Source of the DNA: Gammaproteobacteria bacterium
GTDB lineage: Bacteria; Pseudomonadota; Gammaproteobacteria; Steroidobacterales; Rariloculaceae
Direction of reading: 5' to 3'
Length of the DNA: 64,000 nt
Assembly (NCBI GenBank): GCA_050485545.1
Contig: JBJHBP010000004.1
Span: forward strand, 256-64,255
How positions within the stretch are numbered: the stretch's first letter is position 1; each line of letters starts with the position of its first letter. Shown here one piece after another: positions 1 to 9,530 of the stretch. Position numbers and translations under genes: made by a program. Below the pieces are notes generated by a model. It ran no database searches. It was not told the DNA's origin and saw nothing but the letters and a program-made list of their open reading frames with translations.

Positions 1-871
1 CCGACAGATGCGGTGTGTTCAGCATCAACTCCACAGCGGCGACGCGTCCGCCCTCCTTGGAGCGAACCAGGCGCTGCGAAATGATCGCCCGCAGGTACTG
101 CGACAGGTCCATCAGCACCTGCCTGTGCTGATCGTTGGGATACATATTGACGATGCGGTCCAGGGTCTCGGGTGCATTGTTGGCATGCAGCGTCGCAATC
201 GCAAGATGACCGGTACCCGCCAGATTCAGCGCGGCCTGCATGCTCTCGCGGTCGCGGATTTCGCCGATCAGAATTACGTCCGGCGCCTCGCGCATCGCAC
301 TCTTCAGTGCCCTGGCATAGGAATGCGTATCCAGACCGACTTCGCGCTGATTGACGATGGACTTGTGATTGGAGTGCAGAAACTCGATCGGATCCTCGAT
401 CGTCACGATGTGCGAAGCCGAGTTGCGATTTCGGTGATCGATCATTGCGGCCAGCGTCGTCGACTTGCCTGAACCGCTGGCGCCAACCATCAGCATCAGA
501 CCGCGACGCAACAGCACCAGATCCTTGAGCTTGTCCGGCATGCCCAGCTGATCCAGATTGGGCAGCTCGGGGGTGATGAAGCGCAGCACCATTGCGACAT
601 TGCCGCGTTGGTGAAACACGTTGACGCGGAAGCGGCCCAGTCCCGCTTCCGATACCGCAAAGTCGATTTCCAGATCGCGGGTAAAGGATTCAAGCTGACC
701 TTCGTCCATAAGTTCCAGGGCAGCCTGGCGCACCATTTTCGGCGTCAGCTCCACCTGATTTACGGGCATGATCTTGCCATCGATCTTGATCATGACCGGC
801 GCATAGGTGGTGAAGAAAAGGTCCGAAGCCTTCTTATCCACCATCAGCTTGAAAAGGGGTTTGACGTTCAT
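1..871 (-). CDS. PilT/PilU-family type IV pilus retraction ATPase (second PilU-like paralog), 3' end runs off the window
   Basis: Not in the ORF track because it is truncated. Manual translation from ATG at 871 gives MNVKPLFKLMVDKKASDLFFTT..., Walker A MVGASGSGKSTTL, TIEDPIEF, REAPDVILIGEIRD and TGHLAIATLH. Confidence 0.92.
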   Translation of the reverse strand, partial: MNVKPLFKLMVDKKASDLFFTTYAPVMIKIDGKIMPVNQVELTPKMVRQAALELMDEGQLESFTRDLEIDFAVSEAGLGRFRVNVFHQRGNVAMVLRFITPELPNLDQLGMPDKLKDLVLLRRGLMLMVGASGSGKSTTLAAMIDHRNRNSASHIVTIEDPIEFLHSNHKSIVNQREVGLDTHSYARALKSAMREAPDVILIGEIRDRESMQAALNLAGTGHLAIATLHANNAPETLDRIVNMYPNDQHRQVLMDLSQYLRAIISQRLVRSKEGGRVAAVELMLNTPHLS

Positions 872-929
872 GATAGATCGCGATTGCAGTCCTGCGCGAT
901 GCCGCTACAACAGTGTCGCAGGACGGGGC

Positions 930-2087
930 TCAGAACCGTGCCGCCTTTTCCTCTTGCGCCAGTTGCAGGCTCTGCGAATGCTCGACCGAGGATGCATCTT
1001 CGCGCTTGCTTTGCAGCTTGATGCGCAACCGTAGCTCATTCTTTGAGTCGGCGTTGCGAAGTGCTTCGTCGTAGGAGATTGCGCCGTCCTCAAAGAGCTG
1101 GAACAGCGCCTGGTCGAACGTCTGCATGCCAAGTCGCGTGGACTTGGCCATCACTTCCTTGATCGCAGCTACTTCGCCGCGGAATATGAGGTCGTTGATC
1201 AGCGGTGACGCGAGCATGATCTCCATAGCGGCCACACGCCCCATACCGCTCTCACGCGGAATCAGACGCTGTGAAATCATCGCTGTAATGTTGAGCGACA
1301 GGTCCATCAGCAACTGATGGCGGCGCTCCTCCGGAAAGAAATTGATGATGCGGTCCAACGCCTGGTTGGCGCTGTTCGCATGCAGGGTAGCAACACAGAG
1401 ATGCCCGGTTTCCGCGAACTGGATACCGTACTGCATCGTCTCCCGGTCGCGTATCTCGCCGATCATGATCACGTCCGGCGCCTGACGCAGCGTATTCTTG
1501 AGCGCATTGTGCCAGCTGTCGGTATCCACACCGACTTCCCGGTGAGTCACCACGCAACCCTGATGCGGATGCATGAACTCGACTGGATCCTCGATCGTGA
1601 TGATGTGCCCGCGGCTGTTTTCATTGCGATGACCGATCATCGCAGCCAGCGTCGTCGATTTGCCCGAACCGGTGCCGCCAACGACCAGACACAGGCCGCG
1701 CTTGGTCATCGCAACGTCCTTGAGCTGCGGCGGCAGCTCAAGCTCGTCGAAGGTCGGAATTTCGGTAACGATGCGGCGGATCACCGCACCGACATTACCC
1801 TGTGCGATAAAGGCACTGACGCGGAATCGGCCAATGCCCTGCGGCGCGATCGCGAAATTGCACTCCTTGGTTGCATCAAACTCCTTGGCCTGCTTGTCAT
1901 TCATGATTGAACGCACGATCAGGGAGCTCTGTGCCGGCGTCAGCGGGCGATCAGCGAACGGCTTGATTGTGCCATCAATCTTGATGGCCGGCGGAAACTC
2001 AGCCGTAACAAAAAGGTCCGAGCCACTCAGCTCAACCATCTTGCGCAACAGATTTTGGGTCAGACGTACTGCCTGGTCGCGCTCCAT
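930..2087 (-). CDS. pilU: Type IV pilus ATPase PilU
   Basis: GSDLFVTAEFPPAIKIDG, GGTGSGKSTT, TIEDPVEF, LRQAPDVIMIGEIRD, GMQTFDQAL; directly downstream of pilT. Confidence 0.93.
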   Translation of the reverse strand: MERDQAVRLTQNLLRKMVELSGSDLFVTAEFPPAIKIDGTIKPFADRPLTPAQSSLIVRSIMNDKQAKEFDATKECNFAIAPQGIGRFRVSAFIAQGNVGAVIRRIVTEIPTFDELELPPQLKDVAMTKRGLCLVVGGTGSGKSTTLAAMIGHRNENSRGHIITIEDPVEFMHPHQGCVVTHREVGVDTDSWHNALKNTLRQAPDVIMIGEIRDRETMQYGIQFAETGHLCVATLHANSANQALDRIINFFPEERRHQLLMDLSLNITAMISQRLIPRESGMGRVAAMEIMLASPLINDLIFRGEVAAIKEVMAKSTRLGMQTFDQALFQLFEDGAISYDEALRNADSKNELRLRIKLQSKREDASSVEHSQSLQLAQEEKAARF

Positions 2088-2115
2088 GACAACGCGCTCC
2101 TCGTGTTATGCGAAC

Positions 2116-3159
2116 CTAGAAGTTCTCTTTGTTGGCCGCCCTGAAGCGAGCCTCCTCTTTGGTAATCAGCCCCCTCTTCAGCAATTCCTGAAGGTTCTGA
2201 TCCAGCGTCTGCATGCCCTGCGACTGCCCCGTCTGGATGGCCGAATACATCTGCGCAATCTTGCCCTCGCGGATCAGATTGCGAATCGCCGGAGTACCTA
2301 TCATGATCTCGTGGGCCGCGACCCGTCCACCGCCAACCTTTTTCAGCAGCGTCTGCGAGATGACCGCTCGCAGGGACTCCGACAGCATGCTGCGCACCAT
2401 TTCCTTTTCTGCAGCCGGGAATACGTCAACTACGCGGTCGATGGTCTTCGCTGCCGAGCTGGTATGCAGCGTGCCGAATACAAGGTGGCCCGTTTCCGCG
2501 CCGGTGAGTGCCAGCCTGATGGTTTCCAGGTCCCGCATTTCACCGACCAGGATCACGTCCGGATCCTCGCGCAGCGCGGAACGCAGAGCCTGGCTGAATC
2601 CAAGCGTGTCACGATGCACTTCGCGCTGATTGATCAGCGATCGCTTGCTCTCGTGCACGAACTCGATCGGGTCTTCAATAGTGATGATGTGATCGGGCTT
2701 GTTGTCATTGATGTAGTCGACCATCGCTGCAAGCGTGGTCGACTTGCCTGAGCCGGTAGGACCGGTAACGAGCACCAGACCTCTGGGGTGCATCGATACG
2801 TCCTTGAAGATACGTGGCGCCCCAAGGTCATCCAGCGTGAGGATGTCCGATGGGATCGTCCGGAAAACGGCCGCGCAACCACGATTCTGATTGAATGCAT
2901 TGACCCGGAATCGCGCCAGTTTCGGAATTTCGAACGAAAAGTCAGTTTCCAGGAACTCCTCGAAGTCCTTCCGCTGTTTGTCGTTCATGATGTCGTATAC
3001 CATACTGTGCACTTCCTTGTGCTTCAGTGCTGGCATGTTGATGCGCTTTACGTCACCGTCGACTCGGATGATCGGTGGCACGCCGGCAGAAAGGTGCAGA
3101 TCCGAGGCACCGTTCTTGACGGCGAAGGCAAGTAGTTGCGCAATATCTACGGCAGCCAT
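2116..3159 (-). CDS. pilT: Type IV pilus twitching motility ATPase PilT
   Basis: ASDLHLSAG, GPTGSGKSTT, LREDPDVILVGEMRD and the PilT signature AIRNLIRE. Confidence 0.97.
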   Translation of the reverse strand: MAAVDIAQLLAFAVKNGASDLHLSAGVPPIIRVDGDVKRINMPALKHKEVHSMVYDIMNDKQRKDFEEFLETDFSFEIPKLARFRVNAFNQNRGCAAVFRTIPSDILTLDDLGAPRIFKDVSMHPRGLVLVTGPTGSGKSTTLAAMVDYINDNKPDHIITIEDPIEFVHESKRSLINQREVHRDTLGFSQALRSALREDPDVILVGEMRDLETIRLALTGAETGHLVFGTLHTSSAAKTIDRVVDVFPAAEKEMVRSMLSESLRAVISQTLLKKVGGGRVAAHEIMIGTPAIRNLIREGKIAQMYSAIQTGQSQGMQTLDQNLQELLKRGLITKEEARFRAANKENF

Positions 3160-3240
3160 AGCGATCCTTAAGAATTACTCAAGCCAAGGCGAGCCCGACC
3201 GGAAGACGCTCATAGTATAGCGAGCGGCCACAGGCAAAGC

Positions 3241-4026
3241 GTGACTGATATCACGGACCATCTTGCTGAAATACAGCGCCGAGTGCATGCCGCACTCGAG
3301 CGGTCCGACCGCGCTGCGACCTGCGTCACTGACGGGCCCGACTTCACTGTCGACCACGTCACGATAGTTGCAGTCAGCAAGCAGCAGACCGTTGCCGCAA
3401 TTCGTGCAGCCTGTCGAGCCGGACTGCGCCATTTCGGTGAGAGCTATGTACAGGAAGCCGAGTCGAAGATCCCTCAGATCGATGAGCCGGGTATTCAGTG
3501 GCATTTCGTCGGCCACATCCAGGCGAACAAGACGCGTCAGATAGCCTTGCTGTTCGACTGGGTACATACGGTGGATCGCTTTCGAGTGGCGCAGCGATTG
3601 AGTGATCAGCGGCCGCACCATGCACCTCCACTGAATGTGTTGCTTCAGGTGGACCAGACCGGGCTTCCCGGCCGCGCGGGCATCAGCGAAGCTGAGCTTC
3701 CGGCATTGGTTCGTGCGGTGTCCGCGCTGCCCAGGCTGCGCGTCCGCGGCCTGATGACATTGCCGCCAGCAGGCGCCGACGACGAGGCCGTGGCCGGCCA
3801 CTTTCACCGCCTGCGCGATACCGCTGCCCGCCTTGACACGACCGGAGTGCCATTGCGGGAACTGTCCATTGGCATGTCGGACGACTTCGAGCTCGCGGTC
3901 GCCGCGGGAGCAACCTTTGTCCGTATCGGGTCGGCGCTGTTCGGAACTCGCCCAACCGACCGCTCCGCGACAGGCAACAACGATGCCGAACACCCACAGG
4001 TTCCACCACGAGGCCGTACCTCATGA
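3241..4026 (+). CDS. yggS: YggS-family PLP homeostasis protein
   Basis: VAVSK, FGESYVQE, WHFVGHIQANK, LSIGMSDDFELAV, VRIGSALFG; divergent from pilT, the usual arrangement. Confidence 0.95.
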   Translation: MTDITDHLAEIQRRVHAALERSDRAATCVTDGPDFTVDHVTIVAVSKQQTVAAIRAACRAGLRHFGESYVQEAESKIPQIDEPGIQWHFVGHIQANKTRQIALLFDWVHTVDRFRVAQRLSDQRPHHAPPLNVLLQVDQTGLPGRAGISEAELPALVRAVSALPRLRVRGLMTLPPAGADDEAVAGHFHRLRDTAARLDTTGVPLRELSIGMSDDFELAVAAGATFVRIGSALFGTRPTDRSATGNNDAEHPQVPPRGRTS

Positions 4027-4065
4027 TATCTTTGCCGGGCTCGAAGACGACCAGCCAATACAGCC

Positions 4066-4608
4066 ATGCAGAACTCACTCATTTTCATTGTCAAGACGCT
4101 CTCGGATCTGTACCTGCTGACATTTCTGCTGCGATTCATCCTGCAATGGGTGCGTGCCGATTTCTACAATCCGCTGGCCGAGTTCATTCTTCGCGTGACA
4201 AATCCGCTGGTGATTCCGGCGCGGCGCATCATTCCGAGCGCTGGTGGCGTCGACGTACCAACGCTGGTCGTGATGTTCGTGATTCAGGCCATCGCAACAT
4301 GGCTGCTGTTCACAATCGCAAACTTTTCCGTGCCGCTGAACACCTTCCTGATGTACGTGGTGCTCGGGCTGATCAGCCTGACACTGTGGTTCTATACGGT
4401 GAGCATCATCGTCCACGTGATTCTTGGCTGGCTGGGACAGACCTACAATCCCATCGCCGGCATACTTCGAGACATCAATGAGCCACTGCTGGGTCGGGTA
4501 CGGCGCCTGTTGCCGCCGATCGCCGGGCTGGATCTGTCGCCGCTGCTGGTCATCATCCTGATCCAGGCCATCGCGCGGATGCTGCCCATACCCGGCTTGC
4601 TGCGATAG
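4066..4608 (+). CDS. yggT: YggT-family membrane protein
   Basis: LRFILQWVRADFYNPL and GLDLSPL motifs, two hydrophobic repeats. Confidence 0.93.
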   Translation: MQNSLIFIVKTLSDLYLLTFLLRFILQWVRADFYNPLAEFILRVTNPLVIPARRIIPSAGGVDVPTLVVMFVIQAIATWLLFTIANFSVPLNTFLMYVVLGLISLTLWFYTVSIIVHVILGWLGQTYNPIAGILRDINEPLLGRVRRLLPPIAGLDLSPLLVIILIQAIARMLPIPGLLR

Positions 4609-4699
4609 CGGGACAATGCACCATGGCCGGCAGTTCGCTGCGACCTTGATGCCTGTGTTATAAATTGACCAAGGCTTCGTAACACAGGAGGCAACAGGT

Positions 4700-5200
4700 A
4701 TGACTCCAGGGATGCGATCGATTTTCTGGTTGTGCGCTCTCACCCTGCTCTCGGCATGTGATCAGGGAGCGCCGACAGCCGGCAACGAAGCTGGCACGCA
4801 GGTTCTGTCGTCAACCGAGAGTTCCAGGGACTTCGGTGACTATGTGCTGCACTTCAACGCGCTTGCCACCGATCAGCTCACCGCCGACGTTGCTCGCCAA
4901 TATGGCATCGTACGCAGTCCCAACCGCGCTCTGCTCAACGTCAGCATATTGCGCAAGCCCGACCAGCCGAATGGCGTTGGAACGCCCGTGTCAGGAAGCG
5001 TATCGGCGTCCGCCATCAATCTGGCGGGACAGTTCCGCAATCTGACCCTGCGCGAGATTGCCGAAGGCGATGCGGTCTACTACATCGGTGAGGTACCCGT
5101 ATCATCGGGAGAAACACTTATCTTCACGGTGGACGCAACACCGATGAATGAGAGCAGCAGGTTTTCCGTCCGCTTCATGAAGCAGTTCTTCGGCGACTGA
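4700..5200 (+). CDS. DUF4426-like protein, probable lipoprotein
   Basis: Lipobox-like LLSAC; HFNAL..DVARQYGIVRSPNRALLNVSI and EGDAVYYI motifs; position after yggT is typical. Confidence 0.8.
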   Translation: MTPGMRSIFWLCALTLLSACDQGAPTAGNEAGTQVLSSTESSRDFGDYVLHFNALATDQLTADVARQYGIVRSPNRALLNVSILRKPDQPNGVGTPVSGSVSASAINLAGQFRNLTLREIAEGDAVYYIGEVPVSSGETLIFTVDATPMNESSRFSVRFMKQFFGD

Positions 5201-5234
5201 CGAACCGGCAGGCCACAGCCGGCAGGGGTTGCCA

Positions 5235-5708
5235 TCAGGTTCCCCGAACGCGATTCCTGATTCGTATCACGTCGGCATGGGGAACGTACAGCAGCCCGGC
5301 CACCTTGCGGATCAGGTGGTCTTCATGCCTGTCCAGGACGCTGTCGGCCAGGGCAACCTGCCACAGCATTTCGACGATGCGCTGCTTTTCTTCCGCGGCA
5401 AGGCACTCATGCAGCTGTCGGGTAAACGACTGCAGGGATGCAGCATGATCGGCCTCGGTACGCGCCTCCTCGATCAGCAGCCGCGCCTCATCCTCGGACA
5501 GTTCGAAGTGTGACCTGAGCAGATCGAACACGGCCGTATTGGACGTGATGTCTTCCTCAAAGTCCGCTCGTGCCACCTCGACGAGCAGCACGGCAGTGGC
5601 GAGTTCCACACCGTGCCGTCGTTGCTCCGGACTGGTTACCTGTCCGCCCGCACCGGCCGGGCCCGTTCCGAGCGCACGGTCGATCAGCTCACTGAGCGCC
5701 TTCAGCAC
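5235..5708 (-). CDS. TerB-family (tellurite resistance-like) protein
   Basis: LATAVLLVEVARAD, SLQSFTRQL, EMLWQVALAD..LDRHEDHLIRKVAGLL. Confidence 0.85.
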   Translation of the reverse strand: MLKALSELIDRALGTGPAGAGGQVTSPEQRRHGVELATAVLLVEVARADFEEDITSNTAVFDLLRSHFELSEDEARLLIEEARTEADHAASLQSFTRQLHECLAAEEKQRIVEMLWQVALADSVLDRHEDHLIRKVAGLLYVPHADVIRIRNRVRGT

Positions 5709-5729
5709 GCCGCGATCACCCGTCTGCCT

Positions 5730-6149
5730 TCAGGGACTGCTGTCATCGCCGCCACCTGACGGCAAAAAATCCAGCGACGCGGAATTGATGCAGAACCGCC
5801 TGCCGGAGGGCGCAGGACCATCGGTGAACACATGCCCCAGATGAGCGCCGCAATTCGCGCACCGTACCTCTTCCCTTACCATGCCGTGACTGCTGTCGCG
5901 ATGCCCGGATACCGCCCCCGCCTCGGCCGGCGCCCAGAAGCTCGGCCAGCCGCTTCCCGAATCGTACTTCTGCTGTGACGAGAACAGCTCGGCCCCGCAA
6001 CACACACACAGGTACGCTCCAGACTCACTGTGCTGGTAGTACTGACCGCTGAAGGCCGGCTCTGTGCCAGCCTGCTGCGTCACCCGGAACTGCTCCGGCG
6101 TAAGTCGGCGTCTGAGCGCCTCGACATCAGGTTGCTTCTCTGCGGACAT
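5730..6149 (-). CDS. msrB: Peptide-methionine (R)-S-oxide reductase
   Basis: GTEPAFSG, CVCC, SGSGWPSF, CANCGAHLGHVF, RFCINS; AGGAG precedes ATG at 6149. Confidence 0.96.
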   Translation of the reverse strand: MSAEKQPDVEALRRRLTPEQFRVTQQAGTEPAFSGQYYQHSESGAYLCVCCGAELFSSQQKYDSGSGWPSFWAPAEAGAVSGHRDSSHGMVREEVRCANCGAHLGHVFTDGPAPSGRRFCINSASLDFLPSGGGDDSSP

Positions 6150-6203
6150 GGGTGTCTCCTGTTGGTCGGGGGCCATCATGCGCCAGCGGCTGGCCGATCG
6201 CTG

Positions 6204-8075
6204 CTAAGCCACATCGGCAGCCAGCAGTCGGTTGATGCGCTTCACGAAGGCAGCCGGATCGTCCAGCATTCGACCTTCGGCCAGCACCGCCTGTTCATAC
6301 AATAGCAAGGCGAATTCCCCGAAGCGCGTGCCATCGGCCTCCTGCTGCATGCGTCGCACGAGGTCGTGGCCGAGGTTCAGTTCCAGATCCGGCACCGCCG
6401 CCGGCGCTTCATGTCCCGCCGCTTTCAGCAGATCGCGCATTCCGTAGCCAAGATCCTGGTCACCGAGTACCAGACAGGACGCGGATTCCTTGAGTCGATC
6501 GCTGGCGCGGACTTCGCCGACTCTGTCGCCCAGCGTCTGCTTGACGCGGTCGAGCACGCCGCTGCTTTCCTTCTCCCCGGTGTCATCCTTCGCCGACTGT
6601 TCTTCGTCCTTGCCACCCGGCAGATCAAGGCCGCCGCGTGAAACGTCCTTGAAGGTCTTGCCGCGAAATTCGGTCAGATACTGCATCGCCCACTCGTCCA
6701 TGCGATCGGTCAGCAACAGCACCTCGATGTTGCTGTCGCGGAACGCCTCCAGATGCGGGCTGGACTTCGCGGCCGCCACCGAGTCGGCGATCAGGTAGTA
6801 GATGCGATCCTGTTCTGGCGCCTCATCCACATACTGGGCCAGACTGCGCACTTCGCCCTCCCCGGTGCGGGTGCTGTTGAATCGCTGCAGCTCGGCCAGC
6901 CGATCGCGGTTGGATGAGTCTTCGGCCAGGCCCTCCTTGAGTACCGTGCCGAACTCCCGCCACAGCGTCGTGTACCGGTCCGCGTCGTCGGCAGCCAGTT
7001 TAGCCAGCATGTCCAGTACACGCCGGGTCAGTGCCGAGCGGATGGCCGCAACCTCGGGACTGTGCTGAAGCATTTCGCGGGAAACATTCAGAGGCAGGTC
7101 AGCGGTATCAAGTACGCCGCGGACAAAACGCAGGTAGAGCGGCAGAAAGTGCGTTGCGTGGTCGGTAATGAACACCTTCTGCACATAGAGTTTGATGCCT
7201 CGCGGCGCCTCACGATTCCACAGATCGACAGGCGCCACCGACGGGATGAACAGCAGACTGGTGTAGTCACGCTTGCCTTCGACGCGGTTGTGGCTCCAGG
7301 TCAGCGGCTCACTGAAGTCGTGCGAAATGTGCCGATAGAACGACTTGTATTCCTCCGCACTGATTTCGGTTCGCGGACGGCTCCAGAGCGCTCGCGCCTG
7401 ATTGACAGTTTCCGGTTCCCGGTCGGGCGCTTCACGCAGCCGCACGGGAAACGCGATATGGTCTGAGTACTTGCGGATCACGGTGCGCAGGCGGCCGGGA
7501 TCGAGGAACTCCGCGGCGTCATCCTTGAGTCGCAGCCTCACCGTGGTTCCGCGCTGCTCACGCTCGACGCTCTGAACGCGAAACTCGCCCTGCCCGTCGG
7601 AAACCCAGCGGACGCCCTCAGCCGCCGGCACTCCGGCCTTGCGACTCAGAACCTCGACCTCGTCGGCGACGATGAAGGCCGAATAGAAGCCGACACCAAA
7701 CTGCCCTATCAGCTGCGAGTCTTTTCTGCTGTCGGCTTCCATCTGCTCGATGAACCGCGCCGTGCCGGAATGCGCGATGGTACCCAGCTGCTGAACAATG
7801 TCGTCCCGTGTCATGCCGATGCCATCATCGGTGATGCACAGCAGTTTCTGTTCGGGGATCAACTCGACGCGAATCGCCAGATCGGCGGAGTCCGCGGCCA
7901 GTTCGGGCCGCGCAAGCGCTTCGAACCTGAGTTTATCGTTTGCGTCAGACGCGTTGGAGATCAGTTCGCGGAGGAAGATCTCGCGATTGCTGTAGAGCGC
8001 GTGCACCATCAGGTGCATCAGCTGTTTCACTTCCGCCTGAAATCCGTATGCCTGTTCCGCCGCATCGTCGGCCAT
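6204..8075 (-). CDS. htpG: Molecular chaperone HtpG (Hsp90)
   Basis: FQAEVKQL, LYSNREIFLRELISNASDA, IGQFGVGFYSAF, DLPLNVSREMLQ; start placed at MADD. Confidence 0.97.
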   Translation of the reverse strand: MADDAAEQAYGFQAEVKQLMHLMVHALYSNREIFLRELISNASDANDKLRFEALARPELAADSADLAIRVELIPEQKLLCITDDGIGMTRDDIVQQLGTIAHSGTARFIEQMEADSRKDSQLIGQFGVGFYSAFIVADEVEVLSRKAGVPAAEGVRWVSDGQGEFRVQSVEREQRGTTVRLRLKDDAAEFLDPGRLRTVIRKYSDHIAFPVRLREAPDREPETVNQARALWSRPRTEISAEEYKSFYRHISHDFSEPLTWSHNRVEGKRDYTSLLFIPSVAPVDLWNREAPRGIKLYVQKVFITDHATHFLPLYLRFVRGVLDTADLPLNVSREMLQHSPEVAAIRSALTRRVLDMLAKLAADDADRYTTLWREFGTVLKEGLAEDSSNRDRLAELQRFNSTRTGEGEVRSLAQYVDEAPEQDRIYYLIADSVAAAKSSPHLEAFRDSNIEVLLLTDRMDEWAMQYLTEFRGKTFKDVSRGGLDLPGGKDEEQSAKDDTGEKESSGVLDRVKQTLGDRVGEVRASDRLKESASCLVLGDQDLGYGMRDLLKAAGHEAPAAVPDLELNLGHDLVRRMQQEADGTRFGEFALLLYEQAVLAEGRMLDDPAAFVKRINRLLAADVA

Positions 8076-8120
8076 CGACTCCTCCCGTTTGCCATTCGTC
8101 CGCAGAGACATCCGGGTAGG

Positions 8121-8146
8121 ATGGGGCCGTCCGGCGCCAAATCAAG
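8121..8146 (-). promoter_or_regulatory. Sigma32 (RpoH)-type promoter of htpG
   Basis: Minus strand reads CTTGAT-N14-CCCCAT, about 45 bp upstream of the htpG start; matches the CTTGAA-N13/14-CCCCAT consensus. Confidence 0.75.
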
Positions 8147-8333
8147 GGCCGATAAAGCTGCAGCCTGGCCGCGACCATGGCCAGCAGGTCGTCCAGCTCG
8201 TCCAGATATTGCAACAGTACTTCCATGATGAGACGGCATTATCGGCAAACGGCGATGCGCATCTCTGTGAATAAGCTCTCAAAAGCTCTGCCTGGCTGGC
8301 GACAAAGCGTTTTACTTATTGTAAGTTCATGCC

Positions 8334-9047
8334 ATGCAACGAATCGTGGTACTGAACACCAAGGGTGGAGCCGGGAAAACGACGGTGGCAACCAATCTCG
8401 CCGCCTGGTTTGCATCTACCGGACAGAACGTCGCGCTGATGGACCTGGACCCGCAGGGATCCAGCACGCGGTGGCTGCGCAAACGTGCCGCCGAGTATCA
8501 GCCCATACATGGCATCGCCGCGCATGAGCGGTCCACGAATGTCACACGCAGCTGGCAGCTGCGCGTCCCGGCTGAATGCAGCACGGTCGTCGTCGATACA
8601 CCGGCTGCCATCGTCTCCCAGAGTCTGCCGGAAATCACGCGCGGCGCCGATGCCATTCTGGTGCCGGTCATGCCGTCGGAAAACGACATCCACGCATCCG
8701 CGAAGTGCATTGCAGACCTGCTGCTGGTGGCGAAGATCCGTCGTTCCGAACGACGCATCGGCATCATTGCCAATCGTGTCAGGATCAATACGCTGGTTTC
8801 CCAGTCGCTGATGCGCTTTCTGGCCAGTCTGGACATTCCACTGATCACGACACTGCGCGACACGCAGAACTACGTGCGTTCTGCCGAACTGGGCATTGGT
8901 GTTCATGAGATGCCACGCTGGCGGGTGTTCAAGGACCTGGCCGACTGGGAACCGCTCACCGAGTGGCTGCAGCCGACGTCTGCCAGCAGCGGCTTTACAG
9001 CGAACAGCAGCCTGGCAACCGCCTTTCGTCGTGACGACCTTTCCTGA
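8334..9047 (+). CDS. ParA-family ATPase (stand-alone)
   Basis: Deviant Walker A KGGAGKTT, DLDPQGS, VVDTP; no adjacent parB. Confidence 0.92.
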   Translation: MQRIVVLNTKGGAGKTTVATNLAAWFASTGQNVALMDLDPQGSSTRWLRKRAAEYQPIHGIAAHERSTNVTRSWQLRVPAECSTVVVDTPAAIVSQSLPEITRGADAILVPVMPSENDIHASAKCIADLLLVAKIRRSERRIGIIANRVRINTLVSQSLMRFLASLDIPLITTLRDTQNYVRSAELGIGVHEMPRWRVFKDLADWEPLTEWLQPTSASSGFTANSSLATAFRRDDLS

Positions 9048-9084
9048 TCGGCCTCGGGCACAGGTCAGCGCCCGCCGTCCAGGA

Positions 9085-9384
9085 TCAGTCCCGACCGGAT
9101 CGATCCTTGTCGTCGGACTTCCAGTTCTGGCGAATCTTGTCCGCCCAGTTGTTGTAGCCCTTCCAGCTGTAGATCGAAGGATCCAGCGGCGCGCGTTCCA
9201 CGGGTGCCTTGTCTCCGGTGCGTGACAGCCAGCGCCGATAGGCGTCCCAGCTCTGCCGCTCGCTGTCAGCGACTTGCGGCACCGTGGGAGACGCTCCTGA
9301 ACCGGCCCCGCCGCTTGCCGAAGCAGCGGACTCGTGGCGGTGATAGAGAGGCGGTCGGAAGAGATGTGATTTTTGTTGACTCAT
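9085..9384 (-). CDS. Small hypothetical protein with two SWxxYxxW repeats
   Basis: Fills the intergenic space between parA and ppnN; 99 aa from MSQQK; contains SWDAYRRW and SWKGYNNW. Confidence 0.65.
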   Translation of the reverse strand: MSQQKSHLFRPPLYHRHESAASASGGAGSGASPTVPQVADSERQSWDAYRRWLSRTGDKAPVERAPLDPSIYSWKGYNNWADKIRQNWKSDDKDRSGRD

Positions 9385-9530
9385 CGCACCAGACGACAGT
9401 CCATTTGCAGGTGCGAAAAAGGTTAGCGCTGCAACAATGAGAATCACAGGAACTGAGTCACAGACAACTGCCGAAGAGGCTGGAGTGATTCGCACAGCGA
9501 CAGCCCAGTTAACGTAATCAACGAAGAAAA

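Noticed and set aside
5235-5708. TerB as part of an anti-phage or tellurite island
   Set aside because: Single stand-alone TerB-family gene coupled to msrB; no other ter or defence genes.
8334-9047. ParA as a sign of a plasmid or replication origin
   Set aside because: No parB, rep, parS or DnaA-box cluster; orphan ParAs are common in chromosomes.
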